DNA of 64,000 bases from Leptospiraceae bacterium (GCA_040217195.1 JAVJNR010000008.1:224001-288000); one strand, 5' to 3'; positions 1 through 10,545 are shown, counted from the stretch's first letter. Translations and numbers: made by a program. The notes: generated by a model not told the origin, from the letters alone.

Positions 1-84
1 AGTCAGAAGGCTGAACCAGGCGAAAAGGGCCGGGCTGGTAATCAGACAAAGTTGCCGATAGACAGATTTTAAATTACCGAACAT
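1..84 (-). CDS. possible 5' fragment of a gene running off the left edge (signal-peptide-like N-terminus)
   Basis: Minus-strand ATG at 84 reads MFGNLKSVYRQLCLITSPALFAWFSLLT, open to the window edge; too short to identify. Confidence 0.25.
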   Translation of the reverse strand, partial: MFGNLKSVYRQLCLITSPALFAWFSLLT

Positions 85-251
85 AGGCCAGCAATTGCCA
101 GGATCAGCAGACCATAAAGCAAAAGATCGAGGCAGATATTACGAATGTGTTTTGATGAATCGAAAGGATAATGAAAACCTTTAAATACCGGATGATGCAC
201 GGTACAGCAAATGCGCCGGGGAAGAGAAAAAACGATTCGATAGATACTGGA

Positions 252-647
252 TTACTGTCCTGCATGATGCATTATAAGTTTCCAGGAATCGTCAATCTTG
301 CGAAATACGTTTGTTGCTCGCACCTGACCCCGTTTCGTCTGTCCTGAAGAAACAGCCATCACAGATTCAATGCAGTGAACTACAGCCAGGTCCATGCCAG
401 CCATAACCCTGCTGTCCTGGATATCGATCTCCATGTACGAAGTGCCGGCAAAGATCATCTTCCAGGATTCCATAATGGCTTCAAATCCGATAAGCGTTGG
501 CTGCTGCGGATGGATGCAAATCACATCTGGACTGTGTTCCCAGCAGGCTTTCATCTTATCCCAGCTAAGTTTCTCAAAGGCTGAGTAAAAGCTACGATTG
601 GCTTCCAGGACCTCTTTTTGCTGCTCCGATAAGAACTCTTGCATCAT
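252..647 (-). CDS. NTF2/SnoaL-like domain protein
   Basis: EANRSFYSAFE...CIHP...G.EAI.ESWK.IF...RATNVFRK..DSWKLIMHH pattern typical of SnoaL-like/NTF2 proteins. Confidence 0.8.
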   Translation of the reverse strand: MMQEFLSEQQKEVLEANRSFYSAFEKLSWDKMKACWEHSPDVICIHPQQPTLIGFEAIMESWKMIFAGTSYMEIDIQDSRVMAGMDLAVVHCIESVMAVSSGQTKRGQVRATNVFRKIDDSWKLIMHHAGQ

Positions 648-810
648 TGCCTCATAGCCACCGGACTGCCTGCTGCAGACCCGGATTCAGACCAGGTTAC
701 GGATAGGCCCAGGATGACCAAAAGCCTCCTTTTGGCCAGCAGCTTTCGGTCAAGTTTACTCTCGGAACAAATCCTTTTCACCAGAGGGGCTCTTTATTTT
801 CTTGTATTTC

Positions 811-2232
811 ATGGCCGGAAAAACCCTCTACGATAAGATCTACGATGCCCACCTGGTGGCAGACGATGGAAAGAGCGCTCCACTACTTTACATCGATAGA
901 CATTTAATTCATGAAGTGACCTCTCCTCAGGCTTTCGAGGGTCTGAGACTGGCAGGGAGAAAGGTTCGTCGGCCGGATCTTACCTTTGCTACCATGGACC
1001 ATAATGTATCCACCCGCACCAGGGACTGGAATGGAGCCGGTGAAATTAGCAGAATCCAGATGGAGACTTTGAAGGATAACTGCGAACAGAACAGGATCCG
1101 GCTATTTGATCTAAATAATGAAGACCAGGGAATTGTGCACGTAATCGGACCTGAGATGGGACTTACTCTTCCTGGCCATACCATTGTCTGCGGCGACTCC
1201 CATACGTCTACTCACGGTGCCTTTGGAGCTCTGGCCTTTGGCATTGGCACCAGCGAAGTTGAGCATGTTCTGGCTACTCAGACTCTGCAGCAAAGAAAGT
1301 CCAAGAATATGCTGGTTCGAATCGATGGACCGGTGGGCTACGGAGTTACAGCAAAGGATATAGTGCTGGCCATCATTGGAAAAATAAGCGCCAGCGGAGG
1401 TACCGGCTATGTCATCGAATATGCCGGGGAAGCCATAAGCAACCTTTCCATGGAAGGCCGGATGACCATCTGTAATATGTCCATTGAAGCGGGAGCCCGG
1501 GCCGGACTTATCGCTCCAGATGAAACCACGTTTGAATATATTAAGGGTAAAGACTTCGCTCCCAAAGGAGCAGATTTTGATAAAGCTGTGGAATACTGGA
1601 AAAGCCTTATATCAGATTCCGATGCGAAATATGATCGCGAAGTGGTCTTGAAAGGTTCCGAAATTGCGCCTCAGGTTACCTGGGGAACCAATCCTGGACA
1701 GGTGGTAGGTGTGGATGGATCAGTACCCGATCCAGATTCCATTTCCGATCCTGTGGAGCGCGAAACGGCAAGACATGCGTTAACCTACATGGGATTGCAG
1801 GGCGGTCAAAAGATTGAAGATATTGCAATCAATACAGTTTTTATTGGATCCTGCACCAATTCCAGAATCGAGGATTTGCGAAGGGCAGCCAATGTAGTGA
1901 AAGGCCAGAAGGTAGCCGCAAATATTCGAGCCATGGTAGTTCCTGGTTCCGGTAGAGTGCGAAGGCAGGCCATGGAGGAAGGACTGGATAAGATTTTCAC
2001 CGATGCTGGCTTCGAATGGCGATTTGCTGGATGTTCCATGTGTCTTGCCATGAACGATGATAATCTTGCCTCTGGAGAAAGATGCGCCTCCACATCCAAT
2101 CGAAATTTTGAAGGCAGGCAGGGCAAAGGAGGGCGAACCCATCTTGTGAGTCCTGAAATGGCAGCCGCTGCTGCATTGAACGGACATTTTGTAGATGTTC
2201 GCAAAGTGACCAAAGAAGGAGTTACCGTATGA
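811..2232 (+). CDS. leuC: 3-isopropylmalate dehydratase large subunit
   Basis: [35 protein letters not shown] and GCSMCLAMN 4Fe-4S motifs; ATG at 811 preferred over TTG at 802. Confidence 0.98.
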   Translation: MAGKTLYDKIYDAHLVADDGKSAPLLYIDRHLIHEVTSPQAFEGLRLAGRKVRRPDLTFATMDHNVSTRTRDWNGAGEISRIQMETLKDNCEQNRIRLFDLNNEDQGIVHVIGPEMGLTLPGHTIVCGDSHTSTHGAFGALAFGIGTSEVEHVLATQTLQQRKSKNMLVRIDGPVGYGVTAKDIVLAIIGKISASGGTGYVIEYAGEAISNLSMEGRMTICNMSIEAGARAGLIAPDETTFEYIKGKDFAPKGADFDKAVEYWKSLISDSDAKYDREVVLKGSEIAPQVTWGTNPGQVVGVDGSVPDPDSISDPVERETARHALTYMGLQGGQKIEDIAINTVFIGSCTNSRIEDLRRAANVVKGQKVAANIRAMVVPGSGRVRRQAMEEGLDKIFTDAGFEWRFAGCSMCLAMNDDNLASGERCASTSNRNFEGRQGKGGRTHLVSPEMAAAAALNGHFVDVRKVTKEGVTV

Positions 2233-2861
2233 AGCCATTTACCGTACATGAAGGAATTCCCGCACTACTGGACCGTGCAAACGTAGATACAGATCAAATT
2301 ATTCCCAAGCAGTTTCTGAAGAAGATCGAACGCACTGGTTTTGGTACTCATCTATTTCACGATTGGCGCTATACCGACGACGAAGGCACAAAACCCAATC
2401 CAGAATTCAGCCTGAATCGTTCTGAATTCAAGGGAGCCAGTGTCCTGGTAGCCAGGGAGAACTTTGGCTGTGGCTCCAGTCGGGAACATGCTCCCTGGGC
2501 ACTTCTGGATTATGGATTCTATACGATTATCGCACCCTCTTATGCAGACATCTTCTACAATAACTGTTTCAAGAACGGAATGCTTCCAGTACAACTCAGC
2601 AGCGCAGAAGTGGAAGAGATTTTTCAGTGGGTGCAATCCAATTTAAGCCAGCCAGTCGTTGTAGATCTGGAAAAGCAGGAAGTACGCCTGGGTTCGGACA
2701 AAACATACAAATTTGAAGTAGATGCATTTAGAAAGGAATGCCTGGTCAATGGAGACGATGATATTGCCCTTTCTTTGCGCAATGCAGACTCTATTGATCA
2801 GTTCGAAAAGGGATACGAGTCTAAATACTCCTTTATGTTCCCGGATACTAAGGCCGGCTAA
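2229..2861 (+). CDS. leuD: 3-isopropylmalate dehydratase small subunit
   Basis: [13 protein letters not shown] and [19 protein letters not shown] overlap with leuC. Confidence 0.98.
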   Translation: MKPFTVHEGIPALLDRANVDTDQIIPKQFLKKIERTGFGTHLFHDWRYTDDEGTKPNPEFSLNRSEFKGASVLVARENFGCGSSREHAPWALLDYGFYTIIAPSYADIFYNNCFKNGMLPVQLSSAEVEEIFQWVQSNLSQPVVVDLEKQEVRLGSDKTYKFEVDAFRKECLVNGDDDIALSLRNADSIDQFEKGYESKYSFMFPDTKAG

Positions 2862-2987
2862 ATAGAGTATTTTTAGACTCCAGGCAGTAGGATACTCATT
2901 CAATTAAAGGCGAATTGAAAGGCGAACTGTAATTCTGATTCCACCGTCCAACCGGGGACAGTGGCATAGACTACCAGGAGAAAGTAG

Positions 2988-3422
2988 ATGGTTGGCAGAA
3001 TGAATTCACAGGCGCGGTACCTTCAATCAATGCAATGGGCTTGCCGAATCCGCTCGAATAAGAGAGTATTCCTGGCCAATGCAAAAAAGCTAGGGATTCT
3101 GGTTTTGATGCTTGCTTTTACCGGAACTACCCAGTGTAAGAGATTCTTTCAACCGGAGATTCCTACAGGTATAGAACGACGATTACAGGCAGATGGAAAC
3201 CTGGAAATCATTTCCACCGGAAAGGCCTCAAGAAATGCCATAGAGAAGGACAGTGTTGCAATGAAACAGACCACTTCCAGAGAGGCGGCCCGGCTCATTC
3301 TAGAGGCGGAGCTGCAAAACGGAAACTATCCTGGCCATAAAGAACGGTTTGAAATCCAGTCCGTAGAATTTCTATATGACTTTGAGTATTGCATTATAAA
3401 AGGAAAGTATAAGAAGAAGTGA
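2988..3422 (+). CDS. putative lipoprotein, distantly LipL21-like (start uncertain)
   Basis: Hydrophobic stretch then Cys (LAFTGTTQC); KASRNAIEKDSVAMKQTTSREAARL resembles a Leptospira LipL21 segment; GTGA overlap with folD. Confidence 0.55.
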   Translation: MVGRMNSQARYLQSMQWACRIRSNKRVFLANAKKLGILVLMLAFTGTTQCKRFFQPEIPTGIERRLQADGNLEIISTGKASRNAIEKDSVAMKQTTSREAARLILEAELQNGNYPGHKERFEIQSVEFLYDFEYCIIKGKYKKK

Positions 3423-4264
3423 CTCTACTGGACGGAAAATCCCTCTCTCTAGAAATTCGCGAAGAAATTCGTAAACAAATCGATAGACGCATATCAGAAG
3501 AAAAGCCCATTCCCTGCCTGGCAACCATACTTGTAGGCCAGGATCCGGCCAGCGAAACCTACGTAAAAATGAAAGTTAAGGCCTGCGAACAGGCCGGCAT
3601 GAAATCCATTCGGAGGGATTTGCCTTCAAGCACTACTACAGCGGAGCTACTGGAAGAGATTCAAAGATTGAATGCGAATCCAGATGTGCATGGAATTCTA
3701 TTACAGCATCCAGTTCCCGAGCAGATCGATGAAAGGGCCTGCTTCGATGCCATTGCCATAGATAAAGATGTGGATGGGGTTACGACTCAGGGCTATGGTT
3801 TAATGAGCTTTGGTTTGCCTTCCTATCCCAGTTGCACTCCGGCCGGAATCATGAAAATGATGAGCCATTATGGAATTGAAACAGAAGGAAAGCATGCTGT
3901 GGTTGTGGGAAGATCTGCCATTCTGGGCAGACCACTGGCAGCGCTGCTGATTCAGGCAAATGCTACCGTTACAGTTTGCCATTCCAAAACAAAGGATCTA
4001 CCTTCGCATCTGGCCATGGCCGATCTGGTATTTGCAGCCTGCGGCAAACCTAACTTTGTGCAGGGAGACTGGCTCAAAGAAGGATGCGTTGTGATAGATG
4101 CAGGCTACAACAAAGGTAACATAGGCGATGCAGATTTCGAAAGCTGCTCAAAGAAAGCCAGCGCAATCACACCAGTTCCAGGCGGCGTAGGTCCTATGAC
4201 TATTGCCATGCTATTATCGCATACATTGCAGTCCGCTCAGGGCCGGGATGTGTCATTGATTTAG
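3419..4264 (+). CDS. folD: bifunctional methylenetetrahydrofolate dehydrogenase/cyclohydrolase
   Basis: LDGK, YVKMK, KDVDG, CTPAGI, VVGRSAILGRP and TPVPGGVGPMT motifs. Confidence 0.97.
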   Translation: MTLLDGKSLSLEIREEIRKQIDRRISEEKPIPCLATILVGQDPASETYVKMKVKACEQAGMKSIRRDLPSSTTTAELLEEIQRLNANPDVHGILLQHPVPEQIDERACFDAIAIDKDVDGVTTQGYGLMSFGLPSYPSCTPAGIMKMMSHYGIETEGKHAVVVGRSAILGRPLAALLIQANATVTVCHSKTKDLPSHLAMADLVFAACGKPNFVQGDWLKEGCVVIDAGYNKGNIGDADFESCSKKASAITPVPGGVGPMTIAMLLSHTLQSAQGRDVSLI

Positions 4265-4284
4265 ATTTCTGAAATGAAGCACCA

Positions 4285-4314
4285 GATGCTTCTGATGCTT
4301 CTGATGCTTCTGAT
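4285..4314. repeat. short tandem repeat (GATGCTTCT)x3 plus a partial copy
   Basis: gatgcttct gatgcttct gatgcttct gat seen directly, 20 bp after the folD stop. Confidence 0.9.
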
Positions 4315-4493
4315 TTAAGATCATTTCTTCTTTAAACGTACATTTTTCGAGCCCACACAGCCTGGGCTTTGCGCTTATGGCAGATTGGCCGAGAGTGAAG
4401 GCAGGCCGGAGCTAATGTCTGTGTGGCTACCTTCTGTTCGGATTCATCGCATCTGCCCATGGATTGAGACCGGATGAAAAGGCTACGCCGCTC

Positions 4494-5372
4494 TTAGATG
4501 TTAATTCCGATACCAAATGATAATGTGCGCATACTAAACGTAGGGCTTTCAAGACCATATGTTTCTGAATTGCCATTACTATCTGTATAGGTTTTAGCAA
4601 TTCGCAACCGATGGAGTTCATAGTCCATTTGAAAGTATGCAAAGAAATTCTCGGAAACGTTGGCCTGAATCCCAACTTTGGGTGCCATTTTTGCAATTCG
4701 ACAGGAACCGTCGAATTCGATATCTACGTAGCAGACACCCAGACCAATATCCAGACCAATATATGGGTCTATCAATTCATCTCGAAAGGGGTGCAGACTC
4801 AGTCCACCTTCTACCATATAATATTCGTAGCCGTACTCATTTTTGTAGTTCATCAATCCTTCCAGACTGGGCGCCGGCAATGGTATGGCATAGCCCTGGA
4901 TCAGAGCCTCCAGAGCTGCATTGGGCGAAGTTTGAAAGAAATTTAGATAGGCCAGTCGCGTAAATTCACCACAATTCAATTTACATTGTTCCACTCCATT
5001 TCCATAAACGAAGCCTGCATTCATCCGTAGAAAGGGTATGGCATTGATATCTTTGTGCAGGCCCATCCTGAACTGTCGTTCATCCCGACTCCATCGGCTG
5101 GTATTGGCACTTTCAATTAAAATGGCCTCCTCCAATTCGGAATACCCCGCAGGCGAAGTGGGAAAAACAAATCGGCCCAGACCCACCCTTGTGAAGGCAT
5201 CCTCGAACTGGGGTCCTGCTGTATACTCATCAGAGGAATAGGCTCCACCGATGTAGAGTGAAAATCCCTTTGTAAAGCTTGATTCAGCAGATAGTCCTGC
5301 CAGGGGAAGCAGGCCAGCGATACATAAGGTCATAGTTGCCAGAATTTGAGGAAAGGATAACGTTCTAATCAT
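4494..5372 (-). CDS. putative outer-membrane beta-barrel protein
   Basis: Signal peptide; alternating beta-strand patterns (DPYIGLDIGLG, FAYFQMDY); C-terminal strand LSFGIGINI. Confidence 0.6.
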   Translation of the reverse strand: MIRTLSFPQILATMTLCIAGLLPLAGLSAESSFTKGFSLYIGGAYSSDEYTAGPQFEDAFTRVGLGRFVFPTSPAGYSELEEAILIESANTSRWSRDERQFRMGLHKDINAIPFLRMNAGFVYGNGVEQCKLNCGEFTRLAYLNFFQTSPNAALEALIQGYAIPLPAPSLEGLMNYKNEYGYEYYMVEGGLSLHPFRDELIDPYIGLDIGLGVCYVDIEFDGSCRIAKMAPKVGIQANVSENFFAYFQMDYELHRLRIAKTYTDSNGNSETYGLESPTFSMRTLSFGIGINI

Positions 5373-5597
5373 TTTTCTCTCCAGAGAGTATGCCCGAATC
5401 TAAGCCATCACTGGTTTGAGCAAAGGGCTTCCAGCACAGGTTCCACCTCTGGAATGATGGTCAAGTAAAAACAAAATTATTAATCCATAACATAAAGAAA
5501 CAGGAATAGATTGACAGAAACTAGAACCACTGCTGAAAGTCTATGAGATAAATCGAAAATGATATTTTACTCGAATTATGATCTTCAGGAGATATAG

Positions 5598-5999
5598 ATG
5601 AGACCCATAATTTTAAGCGGGGCTCTGCTGGTTGCCCTGAGTGGCATCGGTTGCATGGGCATTGACATTGCTAACGGAGATATTGCTCTAACCCGTGGTT
5701 TCAGAGCTAATACAAATCCTGCTCAGGAATACCATAGCGCGGCAGCAACCATTGGCAAAGGCGGATTGATGTTCCATATGAATACAGTGCCTCAGCAGGT
5801 TGGCCTGAACGCCGAATCAACCAGGACAGGAGAAGCCTGTGTTTATGGATTCTTCTGGCTGGTAGCCTGGGGGGATCAGTCCATTGAGGCAGCCAAGAAA
5901 AACGGTGAGATCCAGAAGGTTTCCAGCGTGGAACAGAGAATCATGGCGGCACTGGGCGCTGTATTCCAGATGAACTGCACGGTGGTAAAAGGCTCATGA
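5598..5999 (+). CDS. TRL-like family lipoprotein
   Basis: Lipobox-like SGIGC; GEAC..G.F.LVAWGD.SIEAA...G.I.KV..VE...C.VVKG pattern; RBS AGGAG. Confidence 0.75.
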   Translation: MRPIILSGALLVALSGIGCMGIDIANGDIALTRGFRANTNPAQEYHSAAATIGKGGLMFHMNTVPQQVGLNAESTRTGEACVYGFFWLVAWGDQSIEAAKKNGEIQKVSSVEQRIMAALGAVFQMNCTVVKGS

Positions 6000-6328
6000 A
6001 GAAAAGGAATCAGATCTTATACATTTCACTTCTGGCATTTCTCCTGCTGGCTGCTTCCGCCTGTGTAACCGGGCCATCCAGCGGCTTTCTATTCAGCAAG
6101 ACTACCTTTGCCGGGGAGATCAATCCATCCAACGAAGTAAGCGCTGACGTTTCTGCGGAAGGATGCCAGCATCAGGTCCTGGGACTGATTGCCCTTGGAG
6201 AAGCGGGGGCCGGTCAGATAGCCCGAGACAACGATATCAGACGGATAGCAACTGTGGACCATTCTTCTTTGAACATTCTCACTGTGCTCTATAGAAATTA
6301 CTGCACAATCGTGACTGGAGAAAAATAG
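5996..6328 (+). CDS. TRL-like family lipoprotein
   Basis: Lipobox AASAC; EGC...LGLIALGEAG...I..IATVDH...YCTIVTG; ATGA overlap with the previous gene. Confidence 0.75.
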   Translation: MKKRNQILYISLLAFLLLAASACVTGPSSGFLFSKTTFAGEINPSNEVSADVSAEGCQHQVLGLIALGEAGAGQIARDNDIRRIATVDHSSLNILTVLYRNYCTIVTGEK

Positions 6329-6338
6329 GAAGCAACTC

Positions 6339-6680
6339 ATGAAAAGATATCTCAGATTATTCATTCCATTCGCTCTTCTGGGACTGATGCAATGCATTTC
6401 ATCTCCGATGCAGGGACAGTTTCTGACTTTTACCGAGCATACAGTTCATGACCGTATAACGGGAAACATTATTGGAAACGGTGAAGTAAGTAAGAGGGGG
6501 GAGTCCTGCTCCTATGGTTCCGGATTTCTTCTTCCATTCTTTTATGGCGGAGGCCGCAGTCTTGAAGAAGCCATGGCCGATGGCAAGATCTCCCAGATTG
6601 CAGTCATCGATCACAGCTCCCTGGCAGTCCTGGGCGGACTCTTTATGCATCGCGAATGTATTGTAGTCTGGGGTAGTTAG
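6339..6680 (+). CDS. TRL-like family lipoprotein
   Basis: Spirochetal lipobox-like GLMQC; GESC...SLEEA...G.I.QIAVIDH...ECIVVWG. Confidence 0.7.
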   Translation: MKRYLRLFIPFALLGLMQCISSPMQGQFLTFTEHTVHDRITGNIIGNGEVSKRGESCSYGSGFLLPFFYGGGRSLEEAMADGKISQIAVIDHSSLAVLGGLFMHRECIVVWGS

Positions 6681-7055
6681 AAAAGTACAGCAAGCCTGGG
6701 AGGCCGCGGGCCGTTTCCTCACCGATGCCTGCAGAAAAACCGTGCGTTTCGTCCAGGATGTGGGTGCCTGGACCTTTCTGCTGGCGGCTTCTCTTTGGAG
6801 GCCCAATCAGTGAGTTAATAGATGCAGGTATGGTAGCTCTGAACATAGACAGCAACATTTTGGATCAGCGGAACTATAACTTTTCCAAATCCAAATTCTT
6901 GTTCTTCAACACGGTCTCCGAATCAGATTATAGAATTGCAGCTTCGGTAATGCTGCAGTTGTAGGATCGCAGCTCGAGACGTGGCGCTGAAGCGAGATTG
7001 ATTGCTTGCAGCTAGAAAGGCTTTCATTGGAATCATTTACGTTAAATAAAATCAT

Positions 7056-7745
7056 TTGACCAGAGATCTAAAACTACAGCCTTTCTATCGAATGTCCGGA
7101 TGGTGGAGAAAAATTCTCATCATGTTTGTTCTAGCTGTTTGTTTACAAACGTTCGCCTGCAAGACTGTTGACTACGACGATAGACAGCCAGTGGGGTTGC
7201 TCCAGGTTCGTATCACCGTCAATTCTGCCAGAAACTATGGATGCAGAATTCTTGAATTTTCATCCTCCTATCCCTTTAACCTGGAGCAGGCCATCCCGCT
7301 AGCCCCTGCATCCCCGGAATTCAATCGAAATCCATCCAATCTGGATGTATTCCTTCAAATCAAGAATTCCCAGAGCATCGGCATTCCGATTAGGTCCGGC
7401 CAAAGCCTTTATATTCTCTGCGAAGAGGATCGGTCATTGACCGCTCAACTACATGCATTGAAGATTAACTTGCACGAACGTACATCTGGCATCAAGCCCA
7501 ACTGCTTTTCTCGAGGGACCGGTTACATGAGCAGCAGCTCCGAATGCAATTTATTGCTTCCTACCGATCACTCAGAAGAGATATCGCTCAGTCTTGATCT
7601 GTCACGGCCGGTACAGAGTGAGGATCCAATTCGAGCGTGCACTTTTCCTTTCCAGGGATATGAAAGAATCTGGAGGCCTGCACCAAGGATTAATCAAAGA
7701 ATGGTGCCGCGGATTTCGGTAAATAATGAGGTGCTACTGGAATAG
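7056..7745 (+). CDS. hypothetical Cys-rich lipoprotein (paralogue 1; start uncertain)
   Basis: Signal peptide ending QTFAC; shares ILCEEDR..T.Q.HAL, L.LDLS..V...DP.RAC and M.PRI with the next gene. Confidence 0.6.
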   Translation: MTRDLKLQPFYRMSGWWRKILIMFVLAVCLQTFACKTVDYDDRQPVGLLQVRITVNSARNYGCRILEFSSSYPFNLEQAIPLAPASPEFNRNPSNLDVFLQIKNSQSIGIPIRSGQSLYILCEEDRSLTAQLHALKINLHERTSGIKPNCFSRGTGYMSSSSECNLLLPTDHSEEISLSLDLSRPVQSEDPIRACTFPFQGYERIWRPAPRINQRMVPRISVNNEVLLE

Positions 7746-7788
7746 TGAACCGCGGCTTTGCAAAGTGCCGACCTTTCCTGAATAAACG

Positions 7789-8466
7789 ATGAAAATGATT
7801 GTGACCATTTGCTCTTCTAAGAATTGGATCTTTAAGTCCGTATTGCTTTTCCTCCTGGGCTTCGCATTCTGCATGGGTAATCAAGAACTCCACCCGCCTT
7901 CAGGTCGATTGTTGATTCTTAAGGTTCGAACCGGAACTGGCACAGCGTATCATTGCAAATTGATCAAACTACCTTCCCAGCATTCCTACGAAGTGGAGGA
8001 CGATATGTTTTTCAATCCTCTTCAGAATCCATTCAATTCCCTGGCCAGGGGTTATCGACTGGAAACAGATGTGAAAGAGAAATCGGAAATTCGAATACCA
8101 GTATCAGTTAATGAAAGCATTCATCTGATTTGCGAGGAAGACCGATTCTTCACATCGCAATACCATGCTTTGCAAGTAGATATTCTGCCTACGGATACGT
8201 CCCCTGCTTGCCGATCCCTGGAGTCTCGCTTCCTGAGTAGCAAGACACAGTGCGTCTTACCCCTGGTGCCGCCGGAAGAAATGGACCATCTATTCTTAAC
8301 GCTGGATCTCAGTGATTCTGTTTCTCAGCCGGATCCGGTGCGAGCTTGCGCCAGCCCCTTCAGCGGTCTGGATAATCATCCGGCCAGGAATTCAAAAGTG
8401 GTGGATTCGATGATACCCAGAATATACCTGGAAAATCAGGTGCTTCTTCCCGTGCCATCGCAATAG
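7789..8466 (+). CDS. hypothetical Cys-rich lipoprotein (paralogue 2)
   Basis: Signal peptide ending GFAFC; LICEEDRFFTSQYHAL, LTLDLSDSVSQPDPVRAC and MIPRI. Confidence 0.6.
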   Translation: MKMIVTICSSKNWIFKSVLLFLLGFAFCMGNQELHPPSGRLLILKVRTGTGTAYHCKLIKLPSQHSYEVEDDMFFNPLQNPFNSLARGYRLETDVKEKSEIRIPVSVNESIHLICEEDRFFTSQYHALQVDILPTDTSPACRSLESRFLSSKTQCVLPLVPPEEMDHLFLTLDLSDSVSQPDPVRACASPFSGLDNHPARNSKVVDSMIPRIYLENQVLLPVPSQ

Positions 8467-8737
8467 TCTCAACCGGACTACCTTCTATGACATTTCTCCC
8501 ATTGGCCGCCGGTGAGTTACTTTCTTGAACTTTCGTCCCAATAGGCGATGGTGGATTGGTCACTTCATCCTCCGTCTCCAAAGGACCATGGTAAGGTGTT
8601 TCATTGATAATCCGCTCGGATCGGAAAACTCTGGCCCTGGAAAATGCGCAGATCATGTAAGCATCGTTATGATCCAAAAGGATTCTAATCTGCATTCAGT
8701 CTTTTGCTCCAATTCTCGGGACAGCTAAGCGTTGCAT

Positions 8738-9487
8738 TTAGGCTCTCTTAATCATCATCTTCATATATAGCAAAGGCCAAACGGCCCAGAGAATACGAGC
8801 AATGCGAGCCTGGAAAGGAATCATCAATCTTGGCTTTCGTCTCTCTATTCCTTCCACAATTGCCCGAGCTACCTGCTGGGGCGTTACACTCCCCCGAGAC
8901 TGACGGGGCGCCTGGTCGCTGCTGCTCTGGACTTCAGTCGTCAAAAAGGAAGGATAAGCAATGAGAAAGTCTACCTCCGGTGTTTCGCTTCGCAGAGTAT
9001 CCATAAAAGCACTGATGGAATGCTTGGATGGGCAATAAGCGCTGCGATTCTTTAAGGGAGCAAATCCACTGACGCTTGAAATGGCCGTAACAAAGCCTCG
9101 CTTCTGAATTAGATCTGGTAGCAGGGCATGCAGCGCTCCCACGGCTGAAAAGAAATTTACCTCGAAGACTTTGCGAAAGTCCTCTTCTTTTGTTTCCATA
9201 AACGGAGCTATGTTTGTAATTCCAGCATTCAGAATAATCCCATCCGGCTGGAACTGCACAGCTTTCTTCCAGGCAATGGCTCTGGATGCCCGGGATAGAT
9301 CCATCCTTTGAATAGAAAGGTCCTCTTTCGATGCCAGAGGCCGCAGGGAGTCCAGAGCCTTCTGGTTTACATCTATGGCGAGTATCCGGGCACCTCTTCC
9401 CAGAAGTTCCACCACCAGAGCTCTACCAAGGTTCCCACCGGCACCGGTTACGGCCACCTTGCAGTCGATCAGGGATCTTCGCTTCAT
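8738..9487 (-). CDS. SDR family oxidoreductase
   Basis: TGAGGNLG, LNAGI, SSVSG and YCPSK catalytic motif; ATGA overlap with the upstream gene. Confidence 0.9.
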   Translation of the reverse strand: MKRRSLIDCKVAVTGAGGNLGRALVVELLGRGARILAIDVNQKALDSLRPLASKEDLSIQRMDLSRASRAIAWKKAVQFQPDGIILNAGITNIAPFMETKEEDFRKVFEVNFFSAVGALHALLPDLIQKRGFVTAISSVSGFAPLKNRSAYCPSKHSISAFMDTLRSETPEVDFLIAYPSFLTTEVQSSSDQAPRQSRGSVTPQQVARAIVEGIERRKPRLMIPFQARIARILWAVWPLLYMKMMIKRA

Positions 9488-10545
9488 AGTAAGCCTGCGG
9501 ACTTTACAAAGAATTGAAACGTTTCCTTGCTGCTCTTCTCTGGAGTGTAACCAAACACCTCTTTTAGCCGAGTATTATCCAGCACCGGTCTGTACTGTAA
9601 AAAGGGGATTTGTTCTGGTCCATACTGGCTGAGGCCAAGAGGTCTGGCTATTCCCAGAAGTATTTTAAGAGGACCCGGCATTAGCCAGCGAATCTTCTTT
9701 TTAAGAATGGCAGCCACATCCTGAATGGGCAGCCAGCCGTCTCCTGCCAGGTTGTAAACTCCTGACGGTGCTACGAAGGATATCCCGGGCTCTGATTCTA
9801 TGTCTTGAGATGTCTTTGCCGCATGCATCAGAGCCCCCACCACATCTTCGTCCCATATGAACACAAAGGGGGTTTCGCTTCCGCGGATACCCAGCAATCG
9901 TGGTTTTTCGAATAAAGCTGTAATCTGATTTCTGGTGTTTTCACCCAGGATTGTTCCGGATCGGAGTACCACCACATCTGGAGACTTGCCCGTGGCGCTA
10001 TGTTCTGCCAGCATCTTCTCCACAAGTTGCTTATGATGTGAATATGCGAAACCGGTGTAGGGCTTCAAAGGCTGGTCTTCTGTTATGGGAATTGGATTAC
10101 TTGCATGATAGCCGTAGGCTGCACCGCTGGAAGTAACCACCAGCCTTCTGGTGCCATATTTGATGCAGGCATCCAGTATATTCCGGCTACCTTCCACATC
10201 TACGGCGTAGGCCCTTTCTCTTTGTTCTGCATTTTTGGGATTAACCATGGATGCAAGATGATACACCAGATCCGGCTCATATTTTGCGAACAGCAGATCT
10301 ACAGATACAGGATCCGTAATATCGCAGATCTCCATATCATCAGTCAGGGGGCCTGGAAAGGCCACGTCGGTTGCAATGATTCGGGCATGGGAAACCATCG
10401 TGGCCGTGGCATTATTTCGATCCATTCTCCTGGCCTTGGAATCGGGCGAGACGGTTTCAGTTCTGGATGTCAGTTGCTCCGATAAACGTCGATGCAGCAG
10501 GCTACCTACATAGCCTGCTGCTCCTGTAATTAGGATCTTTGTCAT
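9484..10545 (-). CDS. NAD-dependent epimerase/dehydratase (extended SDR)
   Basis: LITGAAGYVG, HLAS, TSSGAAYG and YSHHK; ATGA overlap with the ThDP enzyme gene. Confidence 0.88.
   Translation of the reverse strand: MTKILITGAAGYVGSLLHRRLSEQLTSRTETVSPDSKARRMDRNNATATMVSHARIIATDVAFPGPLTDDMEICDITDPVSVDLLFAKYEPDLVYHLASMVNPKNAEQRERAYAVDVEGSRNILDACIKYGTRRLVVTSSGAAYGYHASNPIPITEDQPLKPYTGFAYSHHKQLVEKMLAEHSATGKSPDVVVLRSGTILGENTRNQITALFEKPRLLGIRGSETPFVFIWDEDVVGALMHAAKTSQDIESEPGISFVAPSGVYNLAGDGWLPIQDVAAILKKKIRWLMPGPLKILLGIARPLGLSQYGPEQIPFLQYRPVLDNTRLKEVFGYTPEKSSKETFQFFVKSAGLL

Noticed and set aside
8360..8695. 111-aa minus-strand ORF downstream of the SDR gene
   Set aside because: Overlaps the lipoprotein gene by about 100 bp, with no motif or clear RBS
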